Shown: positions 8,287-18,320, counted from the first letter of the stretch. The stretch is 64,000 nucleotides of DNA from an uncultured Chloroflexia bacterium (GCA_963766675.1 CAVYBA010000002.1:1978806-2042805); one strand, 5' to 3'. Notes: generated by a model from the sequence alone, not told the origin. A program made the numbers and translations.

Positions 8287-9492
8287 ATGCGCAACCGCTC
8301 CCTGGGACTGACCCTGTTCGCGGGGCTGTCCATCCTGGTCGCCGCCTGTAGCTCGAGCGGCGCCACAGCCTCGCCGTCCTCGGAAGCCTCCATGGCTCCG
8401 TCGGTCGAGCCGTCCATGGCTCCGTCGGTCGAGCCGTCCATGGCTCCGAGCGAATCGGCCGCGCCGCAGTCCGACCTCAAGATCGGCGTCGTCACCGACA
8501 TCGGCACGCTGAACGACAAGGGCTACAACGAATACAGCTTCAAGGGCGCCGTGGATGGCGCCGCCGAGATCGGCGCGCCCGCTCCCCAGTCGACCGTCCC
8601 GAAGGACGCGTCCGAGTACGCCGCCGACATCCAGGCGTTCGTCGACCAGAAGTACAGCATCATCGTGACCGTCGGCTTCAACATGACGGCCGACACGGTC
8701 AAGGCAGCTCATGCCAATCCGACGATCCACTTCGTCGGTGTCGACCAGTCCCCGGTGTGCGTCGACGAGCAGGGCAACCCGGACGCCACCTTCGCCTGCA
8801 AGGGCGACGCCAAGACCCTCGACCCGAACTACACCTCGCTGTACTTCGCCGAGGACCAGGCCGGCTACCTCGCCGGCATCGTCGCTGCCTACGCGTCGAA
8901 GGCCGGCTCGATCGGTGCCATCGGCGGCACCACGCTGTGCGCCCCGTGCGTGCGCTACATCCAGGGGTACGAGCTCGGTGCCAAGTCCGTCAAGGCGGAC
9001 ATCAAGGTGGCGTCGGCCTACGTGACCAACGACTTCTCGGCGGCGGCCTTCAATGACCCGGCCGGCGGCAAGGCGTTCGCCCAGACGTTCCTCAAGGCCC
9101 ACAAGTCCGACGTCATGTTCCAGGTCGCCGGCAAGACCGGCAACGGCGTCCTCGAGGCCGCCTGCGCCGCGGGCATCTACGGCATCGGCGTCGATGTCGA
9201 CCAGTGGCTGTCGATCGGTGCGCCCGGCAACGCGTGCATCATCACCAGCGCCGAGAAGCACGTCGAGTCGGCCGTGAAGCAGGCGGTCGTCGCCATCGCC
9301 GGCGGCTCCCTGGCCGCGGGTGATGTGCTGTTCAACGCGCAGAACGACGGCATCGGCGTGTCTCCGTTCCACGATGCTGCGAGCATGTTCGGTCCCGAGG
9401 TCCAGACGGCCCTCGATACCGCGCTGGCCGGCATGAAGGACGGCTCGCTCAAGACCTGCCCCGACACCGATTGCGGCGTCTACAAGCCGTAA
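8287..9492 (+). CDS. BMP-family ABC transporter substrate-binding lipoprotein (nucleoside-binding type)
   Basis: ATG 8287 preceded by GGAGGAGG. Signal peptide with lipobox LVAAC. BMP/PnrA-like body (KIGVVTDIGTLNDKGYNE..). The track ORF start at 8167 is rejected. Confidence 0.85.
   Translation: MRNRSLGLTLFAGLSILVAACSSSGATASPSSEASMAPSVEPSMAPSVEPSMAPSESAAPQSDLKIGVVTDIGTLNDKGYNEYSFKGAVDGAAEIGAPAPQSTVPKDASEYAADIQAFVDQKYSIIVTVGFNMTADTVKAAHANPTIHFVGVDQSPVCVDEQGNPDATFACKGDAKTLDPNYTSLYFAEDQAGYLAGIVAAYASKAGSIGAIGGTTLCAPCVRYIQGYELGAKSVKADIKVASAYVTNDFSAAAFNDPAGGKAFAQTFLKAHKSDVMFQVAGKTGNGVLEAACAAGIYGIGVDVDQWLSIGAPGNACIITSAEKHVESAVKQAVVAIAGGSLAAGDVLFNAQNDGIGVSPFHDAASMFGPEVQTALDTALAGMKDGSLKTCPDTDCGVYKP
8389..8448 (+). 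repeat. 24-bp tandem repeat, 2.5 copies (tccatggctccgtcggtcgagccg)
   Basis: Identical units at 8389-8412 and 8413-8436, plus a half unit at 8437-8448. Encodes SMAPSVEP repeats in the linker after the lipobox. Confidence 0.9.
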
Positions 9493-9577
9493 TCCTCGAG
9501 ACCCGTTGACGGGATCGGGTCGGCCGCGGCGGCCGACCCGATCCTCATACCACCTCCGAACGTCCGGAGCGCCCACC

Positions 9578-11155
9578 ATGACGGACCCGGCGGAACCGAT
9601 CGTCGCTCCAGCCCTCGAGATGCGGGGGATCACGAAGCGCTACCCGGGCGTGGTCGCCAATGACGGGATCAACCTCGTGGTCCGGCCGGGCGAGATCCAG
9701 GCCCTGCTCGGTGAGAACGGGGCCGGCAAGACCACTCTGATGAACGTCCTCTACGGCCTGGCCACGCCCGACGAGGGCGAGATTCTGCTCGATGGGACAC
9801 CGGTCAAGATCACCGGCCCGGCCGACGCCATCGCCCGCGGCATCAGCATGGTCCACCAGCACTTCATGCTGGTCCCCGTCCTGACCGTCGCCGAGAACAT
9901 CCTGCTCGGCGAGGAGACGATGGCCAACCGGTTCTTCCTCGATCGAAACGAGGCGCACCGGCGGATCATCGAGCTCGGCCGGCGGTTCGGCTTCGAGATT
10001 GACCCCGAGGCCAGGGTCGGGTCGTTGTCGGTCGGCTGGCAGCAGCGCGTGGAGATCCTCAAGGCTCTCTACCGGAACGCGAAGATCCTCGTCCTCGACG
10101 AGCCTACGGCCGTCCTCACCCCCCAGGAGACCGAGGAGATCTTCGCGGTCCTTCGCCGGCTCGCCAGCGAGGGCCACAGCATCGTGTTCATCAGCCACAA
10201 GCTCTACGAGGTCCTCGAGATCGCGGATCGGATCACGGTCATCCGGCGCGGACGGGTCGTCGGCGAGCGCCGGCCGGCCGAGACCGACGAGGACGACCTG
10301 GCGGAGTTGATGGTCGGTCGCGAGGTCCAGCTCGTCGTCGACCGCGGCGAATCCCACCCGGCCGCACCGGTGCTGCACGTGTCCGGCCTCACCGCCCGCG
10401 ACGACCGCGGCCACCAGACGGTCAACGGCGTCGACTTCGAGGTCCGCGCCGGCGAGATCTTCGGGATCGCGGGCGTGGCCGGGAACGGCCAGGATGAGCT
10501 GGTCGAGTCGATCATCGGGCTCCGCAAGCCGACTGCCGGCAAGGTCACGCTCGACGGCGAGGACGTGACCAGCCACTCCCCGCGCCAGCTCAACGAGGCG
10601 CAGGTCGCCTACGTCCCGGCGGACCGTCATCGGTTCGGCCTCATCCTGTCGTTCTCCGTCGCCGACAACCTCGTGCTCACCAGTTACTACCGCTCGCCCT
10701 ACGCCCGCGGCCTGGTGCGCGACCGCGACGCGATCGAACGCGACGCGCGCACGTCGGTCCAGCGCTTCGACATCCGGACCCCGTCGCCGAACGTCAAGGC
10801 CAGCACGCTGTCGGGCGGCAACCAGCAGAAGACCGTCGTCGCGCGCGAGTTCGATCGCGATCTCAAGCTGCTGATCCTCGACCAGCCGACCCGCGGCCTG
10901 GACGTCGGCAGCATCGAGTTCATCCATCGCCAGGTGATCGCCAAGCGCGATGCCGGGACCGCCGTGCTTCTGGTGTCGGCCGAGCTCGACGAGGTCCTCG
11001 AGCTTTCCGACCGGATCGGCGTGATGTACGGCGGCAGGATCGTCGCCATCGTCGACGGGCCGACGGCGGACAAGAACGACGTCGGCCTCCTGATGGCGAC
11101 CGGCGGCGAGCGCGACGCGGCAATCGCCAGCCACGTGATGGAGCAGACCGCGTGA
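9578..11155 (+). CDS. ABC transporter ATP-binding protein, duplicated ATPase (sugar/nucleoside type)
   Basis: Start ATG 9578 (MTDPAEPIV..). Walker A GENGAGKTTL and a second-half GVAGNGQDEL. LSVGWQQRVEI and LSGGNQQK signature-like motifs. Confidence 0.9.
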   Translation: MTDPAEPIVAPALEMRGITKRYPGVVANDGINLVVRPGEIQALLGENGAGKTTLMNVLYGLATPDEGEILLDGTPVKITGPADAIARGISMVHQHFMLVPVLTVAENILLGEETMANRFFLDRNEAHRRIIELGRRFGFEIDPEARVGSLSVGWQQRVEILKALYRNAKILVLDEPTAVLTPQETEEIFAVLRRLASEGHSIVFISHKLYEVLEIADRITVIRRGRVVGERRPAETDEDDLAELMVGREVQLVVDRGESHPAAPVLHVSGLTARDDRGHQTVNGVDFEVRAGEIFGIAGVAGNGQDELVESIIGLRKPTAGKVTLDGEDVTSHSPRQLNEAQVAYVPADRHRFGLILSFSVADNLVLTSYYRSPYARGLVRDRDAIERDARTSVQRFDIRTPSPNVKASTLSGGNQQKTVVAREFDRDLKLLILDQPTRGLDVGSIEFIHRQVIAKRDAGTAVLLVSAELDEVLELSDRIGVMYGGRIVAIVDGPTADKNDVGLLMATGGERDAAIASHVMEQTA

Positions 11156-12309
11156 GCGCCGCGCCGGCCCCGGCCGATCGCCGCCCGCGACGGAGCGCCG
11201 CGGCACGGATCTGGACGGTCGCGGCCGTCCCTGTGGCCGTCGTGGTCCTTGCGGTCCTGCTCGGCGCGGCGATCGTCCTGGTGTCAGAGCTGCTCGTGCC
11301 CGGCAAGGCATTCGACTGGGGCCTCCCGCTCGTCGCCTATGGCGCCCTCGTTGAGGGCGCGTTCGGCAACTCCGACGCGGTCGTGTCCACGCTCGTCAAC
11401 AGCGTGCCGCTCGTGTTCGGCGGCCTGGCCGTCGGATTCGGATTCAAGGCGGGACTGTTCAACATCGGCGCGCAGGGCCAGTTCCTGGTCGGGGCCCTGG
11501 GTGCCGTCATCGTCGGCGTCTGGCTGGCGAAGGCGCCGCCCATCGTGGCGATGCCCGCCGCCGCGCTTGCCGGGTTCGTGGCGGGCGGCCTGTGGGGCTT
11601 CGTACCGGGCTTCCTCAAGGCGATCTCGGGCGCCCACGAGGTCGTCAGCACGATCATGATGAACTACATCGCGGTCCAGCTCCTGGCCGCCTTGGTGAGC
11701 GGGCCGCTCAAGGTACCGCGCTCGCCGTCCCCGGTCACCTTCGACGTCGGGAACGCGGCGTTCCCGATCCTGATCGGGCGCAACGGCCACCTCGGGATCG
11801 TCCTGGCACTGCTCGCGGCGGGGTTCGTCTGGTGGCTTCTGTTCCGCACGACCTGGGGCTTCGAAGTCCGGTCCGTCGGCGCGAACCCCGACGCCTCGCG
11901 CTACGCGGGGATGCGACCCAGGCTCATCACGATCGCCACCATGACGTTCTCCGGGGCGCTCGCCGGCCTGGCCGGCACGAGCGTGCTACTCGGCGTCACG
12001 CACAGCATGACCTCGAGCTTCGGGACCACCGTCGGGTTCGACTCGATCGCGGTCGCCCTGCTGGCCCGGTCGCACCCGCTCGCGACGGTGCTCGCCGCTC
12101 TCCTGTTCGGGGGGATGCGGGCCGGTGCCGGGCTGATGCAAATTCGCGCAGAGATCCCCGTCGAGCTGGTCGATGTGCTGCAGGCCGTCATCCTGCTGTT
12201 CCTCGTCGCGAGCCCCGTCCTCCGACGCGTGCTCCACGCCGTGACCCCCGCCGGTGACTCCGACGCCCAGGCGCCGATGCGCGACATGACGCCCGGAGCT
12301 CTGGCCTGA
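11152..12309 (+). CDS. ABC transporter permease (BMP/ribose-type)
   Basis: 385 aa, multi-TM. 4-nt overlap with the ATPase stop. Operon context. Confidence 0.85.
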   Translation: MSAAPAPADRRPRRSAAARIWTVAAVPVAVVVLAVLLGAAIVLVSELLVPGKAFDWGLPLVAYGALVEGAFGNSDAVVSTLVNSVPLVFGGLAVGFGFKAGLFNIGAQGQFLVGALGAVIVGVWLAKAPPIVAMPAAALAGFVAGGLWGFVPGFLKAISGAHEVVSTIMMNYIAVQLLAALVSGPLKVPRSPSPVTFDVGNAAFPILIGRNGHLGIVLALLAAGFVWWLLFRTTWGFEVRSVGANPDASRYAGMRPRLITIATMTFSGALAGLAGTSVLLGVTHSMTSSFGTTVGFDSIAVALLARSHPLATVLAALLFGGMRAGAGLMQIRAEIPVELVDVLQAVILLFLVASPVLRRVLHAVTPAGDSDAQAPMRDMTPGALA

Positions 12310-13394
12310 TGGACATCACCGCCCTGTCCGACGCGCTGTACGGCATCCCGCTCGCCGGGATCGTGTTCCAGATCGTTGGATTCCTCGTCGACGTGATCCC
12401 GTCGAACGCGCCGAACATCATGAACCAGGCCACGCCGCTCGCCCTCGCCGCCCTGTGCGGCGTCCTTTGCGAGCGGTCGGGCGTGGTCAACATCGGCATC
12501 GAGGGCACGATGCTGGCGGCCGCCTTCACGGCCTGGGTCGTGGGCGTCGCGGTCAATCCGATGTTCGGGAGCCCGGCACCTGGCCCGATCTTCGGGCTGA
12601 CCATCCCGCTCGTGATCTGCCTGGTCGCGGCCGTCCTCGTCGCCGTGCTGATCTCGACGCTCCACGCCTGGCTGTCGATCTCGCTGCGGGCTGACCAGAT
12701 CATCAGCGGCACGATCATCAACATCGCCGCGTTCGGCGTGACCGGCTACCTCGATCAGCTGATCTCCAAGACGTCGCCGGCCGGTGCCGGCAGCTTCGCC
12801 GCGTTCACGCCGCCGACCGAGCTGACCGACCTGCCCGTCGTCGGCTGGCTCATCGCGATGTTCCTCAACCAGGGGCCGATCGCGATGTCGACGATCGTGA
12901 TCATCATCGGCGGCCAGCTCTGGCTGTTCCGGTCGCGCTGGGGCCTGCGCACGCGGGCAGTCGGCGAGCACCCGCGCGCCGCCGAGACGGTCGGCATCGA
13001 CGTCATCCGTCTGCGCTACCGCAACGTGATGCTCGGCGGCGTGTTCGCCGGTCTCGGCGGGGCGTGGCTGAGCATCGAGGCGACCAACTCGTTCCAGACC
13101 GGGATGACGACCGGTCGCGGCTTCATCGCCTTGGCGGCCATGATCATGGGCCGCTGGACGCCGATCGGGGCGTTCGGGTCGGCGCTCCTGTTCGCGCTCT
13201 TCCTGCAGATCAGCCAGCTGATCAAGATCGCCCCGCCGGCCGGCGATCTCGGCACGATCATGAGCTCCGTGCCGGCCCAGCTGTGGGACGCGCTGCCGTA
13301 CCTCCTGACGATCGTGATCCTGGCCGGCGTCGTGGGTCGGAGCATCCCGCCGGCGGCCGACGGCCAGCCGTACGAACGCGAAGCCGCGACCTGA
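12309..13394 (+). CDS. ABC transporter permease (BMP/ribose-type), second subunit
   Basis: 361 aa, multi-TM. Start overlaps the previous stop by 1 nt (TGATG). Confidence 0.85.
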   Translation: MDITALSDALYGIPLAGIVFQIVGFLVDVIPSNAPNIMNQATPLALAALCGVLCERSGVVNIGIEGTMLAAAFTAWVVGVAVNPMFGSPAPGPIFGLTIPLVICLVAAVLVAVLISTLHAWLSISLRADQIISGTIINIAAFGVTGYLDQLISKTSPAGAGSFAAFTPPTELTDLPVVGWLIAMFLNQGPIAMSTIVIIIGGQLWLFRSRWGLRTRAVGEHPRAAETVGIDVIRLRYRNVMLGGVFAGLGGAWLSIEATNSFQTGMTTGRGFIALAAMIMGRWTPIGAFGSALLFALFLQISQLIKIAPPAGDLGTIMSSVPAQLWDALPYLLTIVILAGVVGRSIPPAADGQPYEREAAT

Positions 13395-13398
13395 GCGC

Positions 13399-14398
13399 GT
13401 GACCCCGGCCGACTCGGAGCGGGCCGCGGCCGTTGCGGCCCTGCCGGGCGCTCCGCCACCGGGCACCCCGCGACCGGTCATCCTGGACGGCGACCCGGGG
13501 CATGACGATGCCCTCGCGATCCTCCTCGCCTGTGCCGCCCCCGAGCTCGACCTCCTGGCGGTCACGACCGTCTGCGGCAATGCCGGGCTGGCCAACACGA
13601 CCCGGAACGCGCTCCGGATACTGACGCTGCTCGGACGGACCGACACCCCGGTGGCGGCCGGAGCGGATCGTCCGCTCGCTGCGCGAGCCGCTCATCCAGC
13701 CGGTCTTCCACGGCGAGAGCGGGCTCGACGGGGCCGACCTGCCCGAACCGGCGTTCGACGTCCGTCCCGAGGCGGCCATCGAGCTCACGGCATCGCTGGT
13801 CCGCTCGTCGAGCCGGCCGGTCACGCTGGTTCCGACCGGGCCGCTGACCAACATCGGGCTGTTCCTGCGTGCCTTCCCGTCACTCCACGACCGGATCGGG
13901 GCGATCTCGCTGATGGGCGGATCGCTCGGCGTCGGGAACACGACCGCCTCCGCCGAGTTCAACATCTGGCAGGACCCCGAGGCCGCGGCGATCGTGTTCG
14001 ACGCCGGCATCCCGATCCTGATGGCCGGGCTGGACGTGACCCACCGCGCCCTGGTGCTGCCGCAGGACATCGCCCGGCTCGAGGCACTCGGGACACGGGC
14101 GGGCCGGGTGTTCGCTGACCTGATGCGCTTCTTCGCCATCCACCACCGCGAGCGGTACGGTTGGCCGGGACCGCCGATCCACGACGCGGTGGCCGTGGGC
14201 GTCCTGATCGCCCCGTGGCTGATCACCCGTCGCCCGCTGCGCGTCGACATCGAGATCGGCCACGGGCTGACTCGCGGCCGAACGGTCGGGGACGAGGAGG
14301 GACGGTCCGGCCGCCGGGTCAACGCCGAGGTCGGCGTGGACCTCGACCGTGAGCGGTTCATCGACCTCGTCATCGACGCCGCGGCGACGTTCGCCTAG
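13399..14398 (+). pseudogene. Nucleoside hydrolase (IU-nucleoside hydrolase family) interrupted by a frameshift near 13675-13690
   Basis: Frame 1 from GTG 13399 gives [27 protein letters not shown] then nonsense. The next frame resumes [34 protein letters not shown].. through to the stop at 14398. Together the halves make one complete hydrolase. Confidence 0.75.
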
Positions 14399-14401
14399 CA
14401 T
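14396..14401 (+). promoter_or_regulatory. -10-like TAGCAT exactly 6 nt upstream of ATG 14408 (putative leaderless promoter of the P450 gene)
   Basis: cgccTAGCATcgcgaaATG. The TAG is also the hydrolase stop codon. Confidence 0.4.
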
Positions 14402-14407
14402 CGCGAA

Positions 14408-15676
14408 ATGACCACAGTGCCGCCCATGGCGTCAAGTCGCGCGGCCGGCGCGCCGACCCCGACCGCAGCCGAGCTTGGGTACCAGCCGTGGGATCCGGGG
14501 TTCGTCGCCGACCCCTACCCGGCCCTGGCTCGGCTGCGCGAGCGCGCCCCGGTGATCTACGACGAACGAACCAACCAGTGGCTCGTCTCCCGTCACGCCG
14601 ACGTCAACGCCCTGTTGCGCGACCGCCGGCTCGGCCGCTCGTACCTCCACGTCGCGACGCACGAGGCATGGGGCCGCACGCCGCCACCGGCCCACCAGGC
14701 GCCGTTCTGGGACCTCCTTGCCGTCCAGATGATCGACATGGAGCCGCCCGACCACACCCGCCTCCGCCGGCTCGTGTCGACCGCTTTCACGCCGCGTACG
14801 ATCGAGTCACTCCGGCCGCGGATCGAGGCGATCGTCGGCCGGGCGATCGACGGCGCCCTGGCGCTCGGCGAGTTCGACCTGATCGCCGACCTGCTCGAGC
14901 TGGTGCCCGTCGCCGTGATCGGCGAGCTGCTCGGGATCCCGGAGGCCGATCGGCATCGCCTCCGGCCCTGGTCGGCCGACATGACCCTGATGTTCGAGCT
15001 CAACCCGACCACCGAGGCCCAGCGCCGGGCGACCACCGCGAGCGCCGAGTTCGAGGCCTACGTGAGGGGCATCACCCGGGAGCGGCGCCGCGCCCCCAGC
15101 GGGGACCTGATCAGCCAGCTCGGCGCCGTGCTCGAGACCGACGGCGATCGGCTGACCGAGGACGAGCTGATCGGCACGACCGTCCTGCTGCTCAACGCCG
15201 GACACGAGGCGTCCGTCAATGGCGCGGCCAACTCATGGTGGGCGCTGTTCCGGAACCCGGACGCACTGGCGCGGCTGCGTGCCGAGCCGCGGCTCGTCCC
15301 GACGGCGATCGAGGAGCTCCTCCGGTTCGATACGCCGGCGCCGATGTTCGAGCGGTGGGTCCTCGAGGACGTCGAGGTCGGGGGTGTGATCATCCCGCGC
15401 GGCCAGGAGCTGGCGCTCCAGTTCGCGGCCGCGAACCGCGACCCGGCGGCCTTCGACCGGCCCGACGAGATCGTCCTCGACCGCTCGCCCAACAGGTATC
15501 TGTCGTTCGGCGCCGGGATCCACTACTGCCTAGGCGCACCGCTGGCCAAGCTCGAGTTCGAGATCCTGTTCGCCGCGATCCTCGATCGGATGCCGGCGCT
15601 CCGGGTGGTCGAGGAGCCGGCCTGGAAGCCCCGGTTCGTGCTTCGCGGTCTCGAGGCGCTGCGGGTCCGGGCATGA
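14408..15676 (+). CDS. Cytochrome P450
   Basis: 422 aa. Heme-thiolate motif FGAGIHYCLGAPLA, ExxR (EELLRF) and I-helix LLLNAGHEAS. Confidence 0.9.
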   Translation: MTTVPPMASSRAAGAPTPTAAELGYQPWDPGFVADPYPALARLRERAPVIYDERTNQWLVSRHADVNALLRDRRLGRSYLHVATHEAWGRTPPPAHQAPFWDLLAVQMIDMEPPDHTRLRRLVSTAFTPRTIESLRPRIEAIVGRAIDGALALGEFDLIADLLELVPVAVIGELLGIPEADRHRLRPWSADMTLMFELNPTTEAQRRATTASAEFEAYVRGITRERRRAPSGDLISQLGAVLETDGDRLTEDELIGTTVLLLNAGHEASVNGAANSWWALFRNPDALARLRAEPRLVPTAIEELLRFDTPAPMFERWVLEDVEVGGVIIPRGQELALQFAAANRDPAAFDRPDEIVLDRSPNRYLSFGAGIHYCLGAPLAKLEFEILFAAILDRMPALRVVEEPAWKPRFVLRGLEALRVRA

Positions 15677-16188
15677 CCGACGACGAGGCCGCCACCCGCG
15701 CGGCGGACCGTGCCCGCGTGGCGGCGATCCTCGACGCGCAGGAGGGCCGCCGGCCCGTCCCGTTGCTGGACGACGACGGGATCGAGGCGGCGCTACGAGC
15801 CACCCGGCGGATTGCCGTGATCGGCGCGTCGTCGAGCCCGGGCCGCCCGTCGCATGGCGTCTTCCGCTACCTCGTCGAGCAGGGGTTCGAGTGCGTGCCG
15901 GTCAACCCGAACGAGCCCTCGGTGCTGGGGGTGCCGGCCTTCGCGACCGTGGCGGAGGCCGCGGCGGCGACCGGTCCGTTCGACATGGTCGACGTCTTCC
16001 GCCGCCCCGAGCTGTGCGCCGCCCACGCCGCTGAGGCGGTCGCCGCCGGCGCGCGCTGGCTGTGGCTCCAGCTCGGCGTCGTCAGCTGGGAAGCGGCGGC
16101 GATCGCCCATGCCGCCGGGCTGGGTGTCGTCATGGACCGTTGCACGGCGATCGAGTGGCGCCGGATCCGGGGCTCTCACCGCAGGTAG
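15673..16188 (+). CDS. CoA-binding domain protein
   Basis: ATG 15673 overlaps the P450 stop (ATGA). RRIAVIGASSSPGRPSHGVFRYLVEQGFECVPVNP..VDVFRRPE..WLQLGV is the typical CoA-binding fold pattern. Confidence 0.75.
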   Translation: MTDDEAATRAADRARVAAILDAQEGRRPVPLLDDDGIEAALRATRRIAVIGASSSPGRPSHGVFRYLVEQGFECVPVNPNEPSVLGVPAFATVAEAAAATGPFDMVDVFRRPELCAAHAAEAVAAGARWLWLQLGVVSWEAAAIAHAAGLGVVMDRCTAIEWRRIRGSHRR

Positions 16189-16363
16189 CGGCTTCGCCGC
16201 AGGGTTGATGCGCCCTGCGCATCGGTCCCGGGTCATTCGTCCTCGGCAACCCTCAAGCCCGTCCATTCCGGCGAGCGGACCAGCGTGGATGAACTCCAAA
16301 ACGATGCCTCCGGGGATCAGCCTGTGACCGTCCGCCGGCCGCGCGCGACGTAGGCGTTCGACG

Positions 16364-16636
16364 TCAGCGAACGAAGAACCCGAGGAAGACCAGCACGAGC
16401 CCGGCGATCGCGATGAGTCCCGCGTACTGGGCCTGCCGGCGGAGGACCTCCATGGCGACCGACGCGCCCGTTCGGCCGTCGTCGCGGAGCCCGCCCCGCC
16501 AGGCCTGGTAGCGGGCCACGTTCTCGTCCTGCGCCTTGAGCATCCGGTAGCGGGACCAGGGCGCCCTAGCCCGAACGTACCCCACGATGATCAGGGCCAC
16601 GCCGGCGAGCCAGAGGACGGTGTTCAACGCGCTCAA
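16364..16636 (-). CDS. Small membrane protein (two predicted TM helices), function unknown
   Basis: 90-aa ORF starting 3 nt after the gatB stop. Hydrophobic N- and C-terminal helices (VLWLAGVALIIVGYV and GLIAIAGLVLVFLGFFV). Confidence 0.45.
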   Translation of the reverse strand: MSALNTVLWLAGVALIIVGYVRARAPWSRYRMLKAQDENVARYQAWRGGLRDDGRTGASVAMEVLRRQAQYAGLIAIAGLVLVFLGFFVR

Positions 16637-16639
16637 CGA

Positions 16640-18154
16640 TCAGCTCCTCTCGACCGCCCCGGCAGCGAGGCGTTCGCGAACGGCGTCCCGGACGAGCGCC
16701 GCGTTGGCCTGGCCCCGGGTCGCCTTCATGACCTGGCCGACGAGGAACCCGATCGCCTGCTGCCGCCCGGCATGGAAGTCGGCCACCGCCGTTGGCTGTT
16801 CGGCCAGCACCCGGTCGACGGCGGCCCCCAGCGCACCGACGTCGGAGATCTGACGATATCCTCGAGCGGCGATAATCGACGCCGCCGAGGCACCGCTCGA
16901 GGCATGCTCCCCGAGGACCTCGCGCCCGTGGGCACGGGTGATCGACCCGGCAGCGACGGCTCGGATGACCGCTGCAAACTGCGCGGCATCGACGACGATC
17001 GGATCTGGCGCCGCGTTCCGCAGTCGGAGGTAGTCGCCAACCACCCAGTTGGCGACGGGCTTGGCATCCAGCGTGGCATCCGCACCCAGCGTCTCCTCGA
17101 ACAGGCGGGCTGCGTCCGGGTCGGCCACCAGGAGTGCCGCGTCGTAGGCACTCAGGCCGAGCTCGTCCCGGTAGCGGGCACGGCGGGCGGCCGGGAGCTC
17201 CGGCAGGCCGGCCTTGATCGTGCCGAGCCACGCCGGATCGAGGTGGAGGGGCGGCAGGTCGGGCTCCGGGAAGTAGCGGTAGTCGTCGGATGTCTCCTTG
17301 ATCCGCATCCGGTACGTTTCGCCTCGCTCCTCCGACCAGCCGCGGGTTTCCTGGACCAGGCGCTGCCCGGCGTCGAGGATGGCGGCCTGCCGCTCGATCT
17401 CGAAGTCGATCGCCCGCTCGACCGCCCGGAACGAGTTCATGTTCTTGACCTCGACCCGGGTGCCGAACGGCTCTGTGCCGCGCGGCCGGAGCGAGACGTT
17501 GGCCTCCACCCGCATCTGGCCCCGTTCCATGTCGGCGTCGGACGCGCCGATCGATCGAAGCAGCAGCTGTAGCTCCTCCGCGTAGCGGCGGGCCTGCTCC
17601 GCGGTCCGGATTTCGGGCTCGGTCACGATCTCCATCAACGGCGCGCCCGACCGATTGAAGTCGACGAGGCTGACCTTGCGGCCCTCCGAGTCGATCCCGT
17701 GCACCAGCTTGGCCGTGTCCTCCTCGAGGTGCGCTCGGGTGATCGTCACGGTACACGGTCCGGCGGAGGTCTCGAACGTGAGCCGTCCGAGCGACGCGAG
17801 AGGCAGCTGGTACTGGCTGATCTGGTAGCCCTTCGGCAGGTCCGGGTAGAAGTAGTTCTTGCGGTCCCAGCGGGTCGCCGCGGGGGCTGTCGCCTCGATC
17901 GCCGCTCCGGCGGCCAGGACGTGCTCGACGGCCCGGGCGTTGATCGTAGGGAGCGCGCCGGGAAGACCAAGGCAGACCGGGCACACCCGGGTGTTCGGGG
18001 GTGCCCCGTCGTAGTCGGTGGAGCACGCGCAGAACATCTTCGAGGCCGTCTTGAGCTGGCAATGGACCTCGATGCCGATGACCGCCTCGTAGCGATCGAG
18101 CGGGCCGGAACCGGCCGAGGATCGCTCGACCGCCGCGCTTGCTGACGAGCTCAT
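16640..18154 (-). CDS. gatB: Asp-tRNA(Asn)/Glu-tRNA(Gln) amidotransferase subunit B
   Basis: 504 aa. YEAVIGIEVHCQL..VCPVCLGLPGALP and the rest are colinear with GatB. Confidence 0.95.
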   Translation of the reverse strand: MSSSASAAVERSSAGSGPLDRYEAVIGIEVHCQLKTASKMFCACSTDYDGAPPNTRVCPVCLGLPGALPTINARAVEHVLAAGAAIEATAPAATRWDRKNYFYPDLPKGYQISQYQLPLASLGRLTFETSAGPCTVTITRAHLEEDTAKLVHGIDSEGRKVSLVDFNRSGAPLMEIVTEPEIRTAEQARRYAEELQLLLRSIGASDADMERGQMRVEANVSLRPRGTEPFGTRVEVKNMNSFRAVERAIDFEIERQAAILDAGQRLVQETRGWSEERGETYRMRIKETSDDYRYFPEPDLPPLHLDPAWLGTIKAGLPELPAARRARYRDELGLSAYDAALLVADPDAARLFEETLGADATLDAKPVANWVVGDYLRLRNAAPDPIVVDAAQFAAVIRAVAAGSITRAHGREVLGEHASSGASAASIIAARGYRQISDVGALGAAVDRVLAEQPTAVADFHAGRQQAIGFLVGQVMKATRGQANAALVRDAVRERLAAGAVERS

Positions 18155-18238
18155 GCGCCCTAGTGTCGCATACGGACAAGGTCCCGAACGGTTTTGGCGC
18201 AGGCGCGAGGACCGGGCGGAATGGCAACGAGACGTTCA

Positions 18239-18299
18239 TGAGAGCGCTCTCTTGACAACGGCTGATACTCTGCCGGAGGGATCGTGAGAGCGCTCTCAC
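18239..18299. promoter_or_regulatory. Two LacI-type palindromic operators, TGAGAGCGCTCTC (18239-18251) and GTGAGAGCGCTCTCAC (18284-18299), bracketing a promoter-like region
   Basis: A perfect 12-bp and a perfect 16-bp palindrome sharing the core GAGAGCGCTCTC, 45 bp apart. Between them lie TTGACA (18252-18257) and TGATACTCT (extended -10-like, 18263-18271). Located 22 nt upstream of the LacI-family gene. Confidence 0.55.
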
Positions 18300-18320
18300 A
18301 GCGAAGGAGGAAACCGTCAC

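Noticed and set aside
8122-11311. Minus-strand ORFs 8122-9633 (503 aa) and 9545-11311 (588 aa) opposite the BMP ABC operon
   Set aside because: Antisense to a clear binding-protein and ATPase pair. No recognisable domains.
16207-16223. Small hairpin GATGCGC-CCT-GCGCATC after the CoA-binding gene as a terminator
   Set aside because: 7-bp stem with a 3-nt loop and no U tract. Indistinguishable from chance in this GC background.
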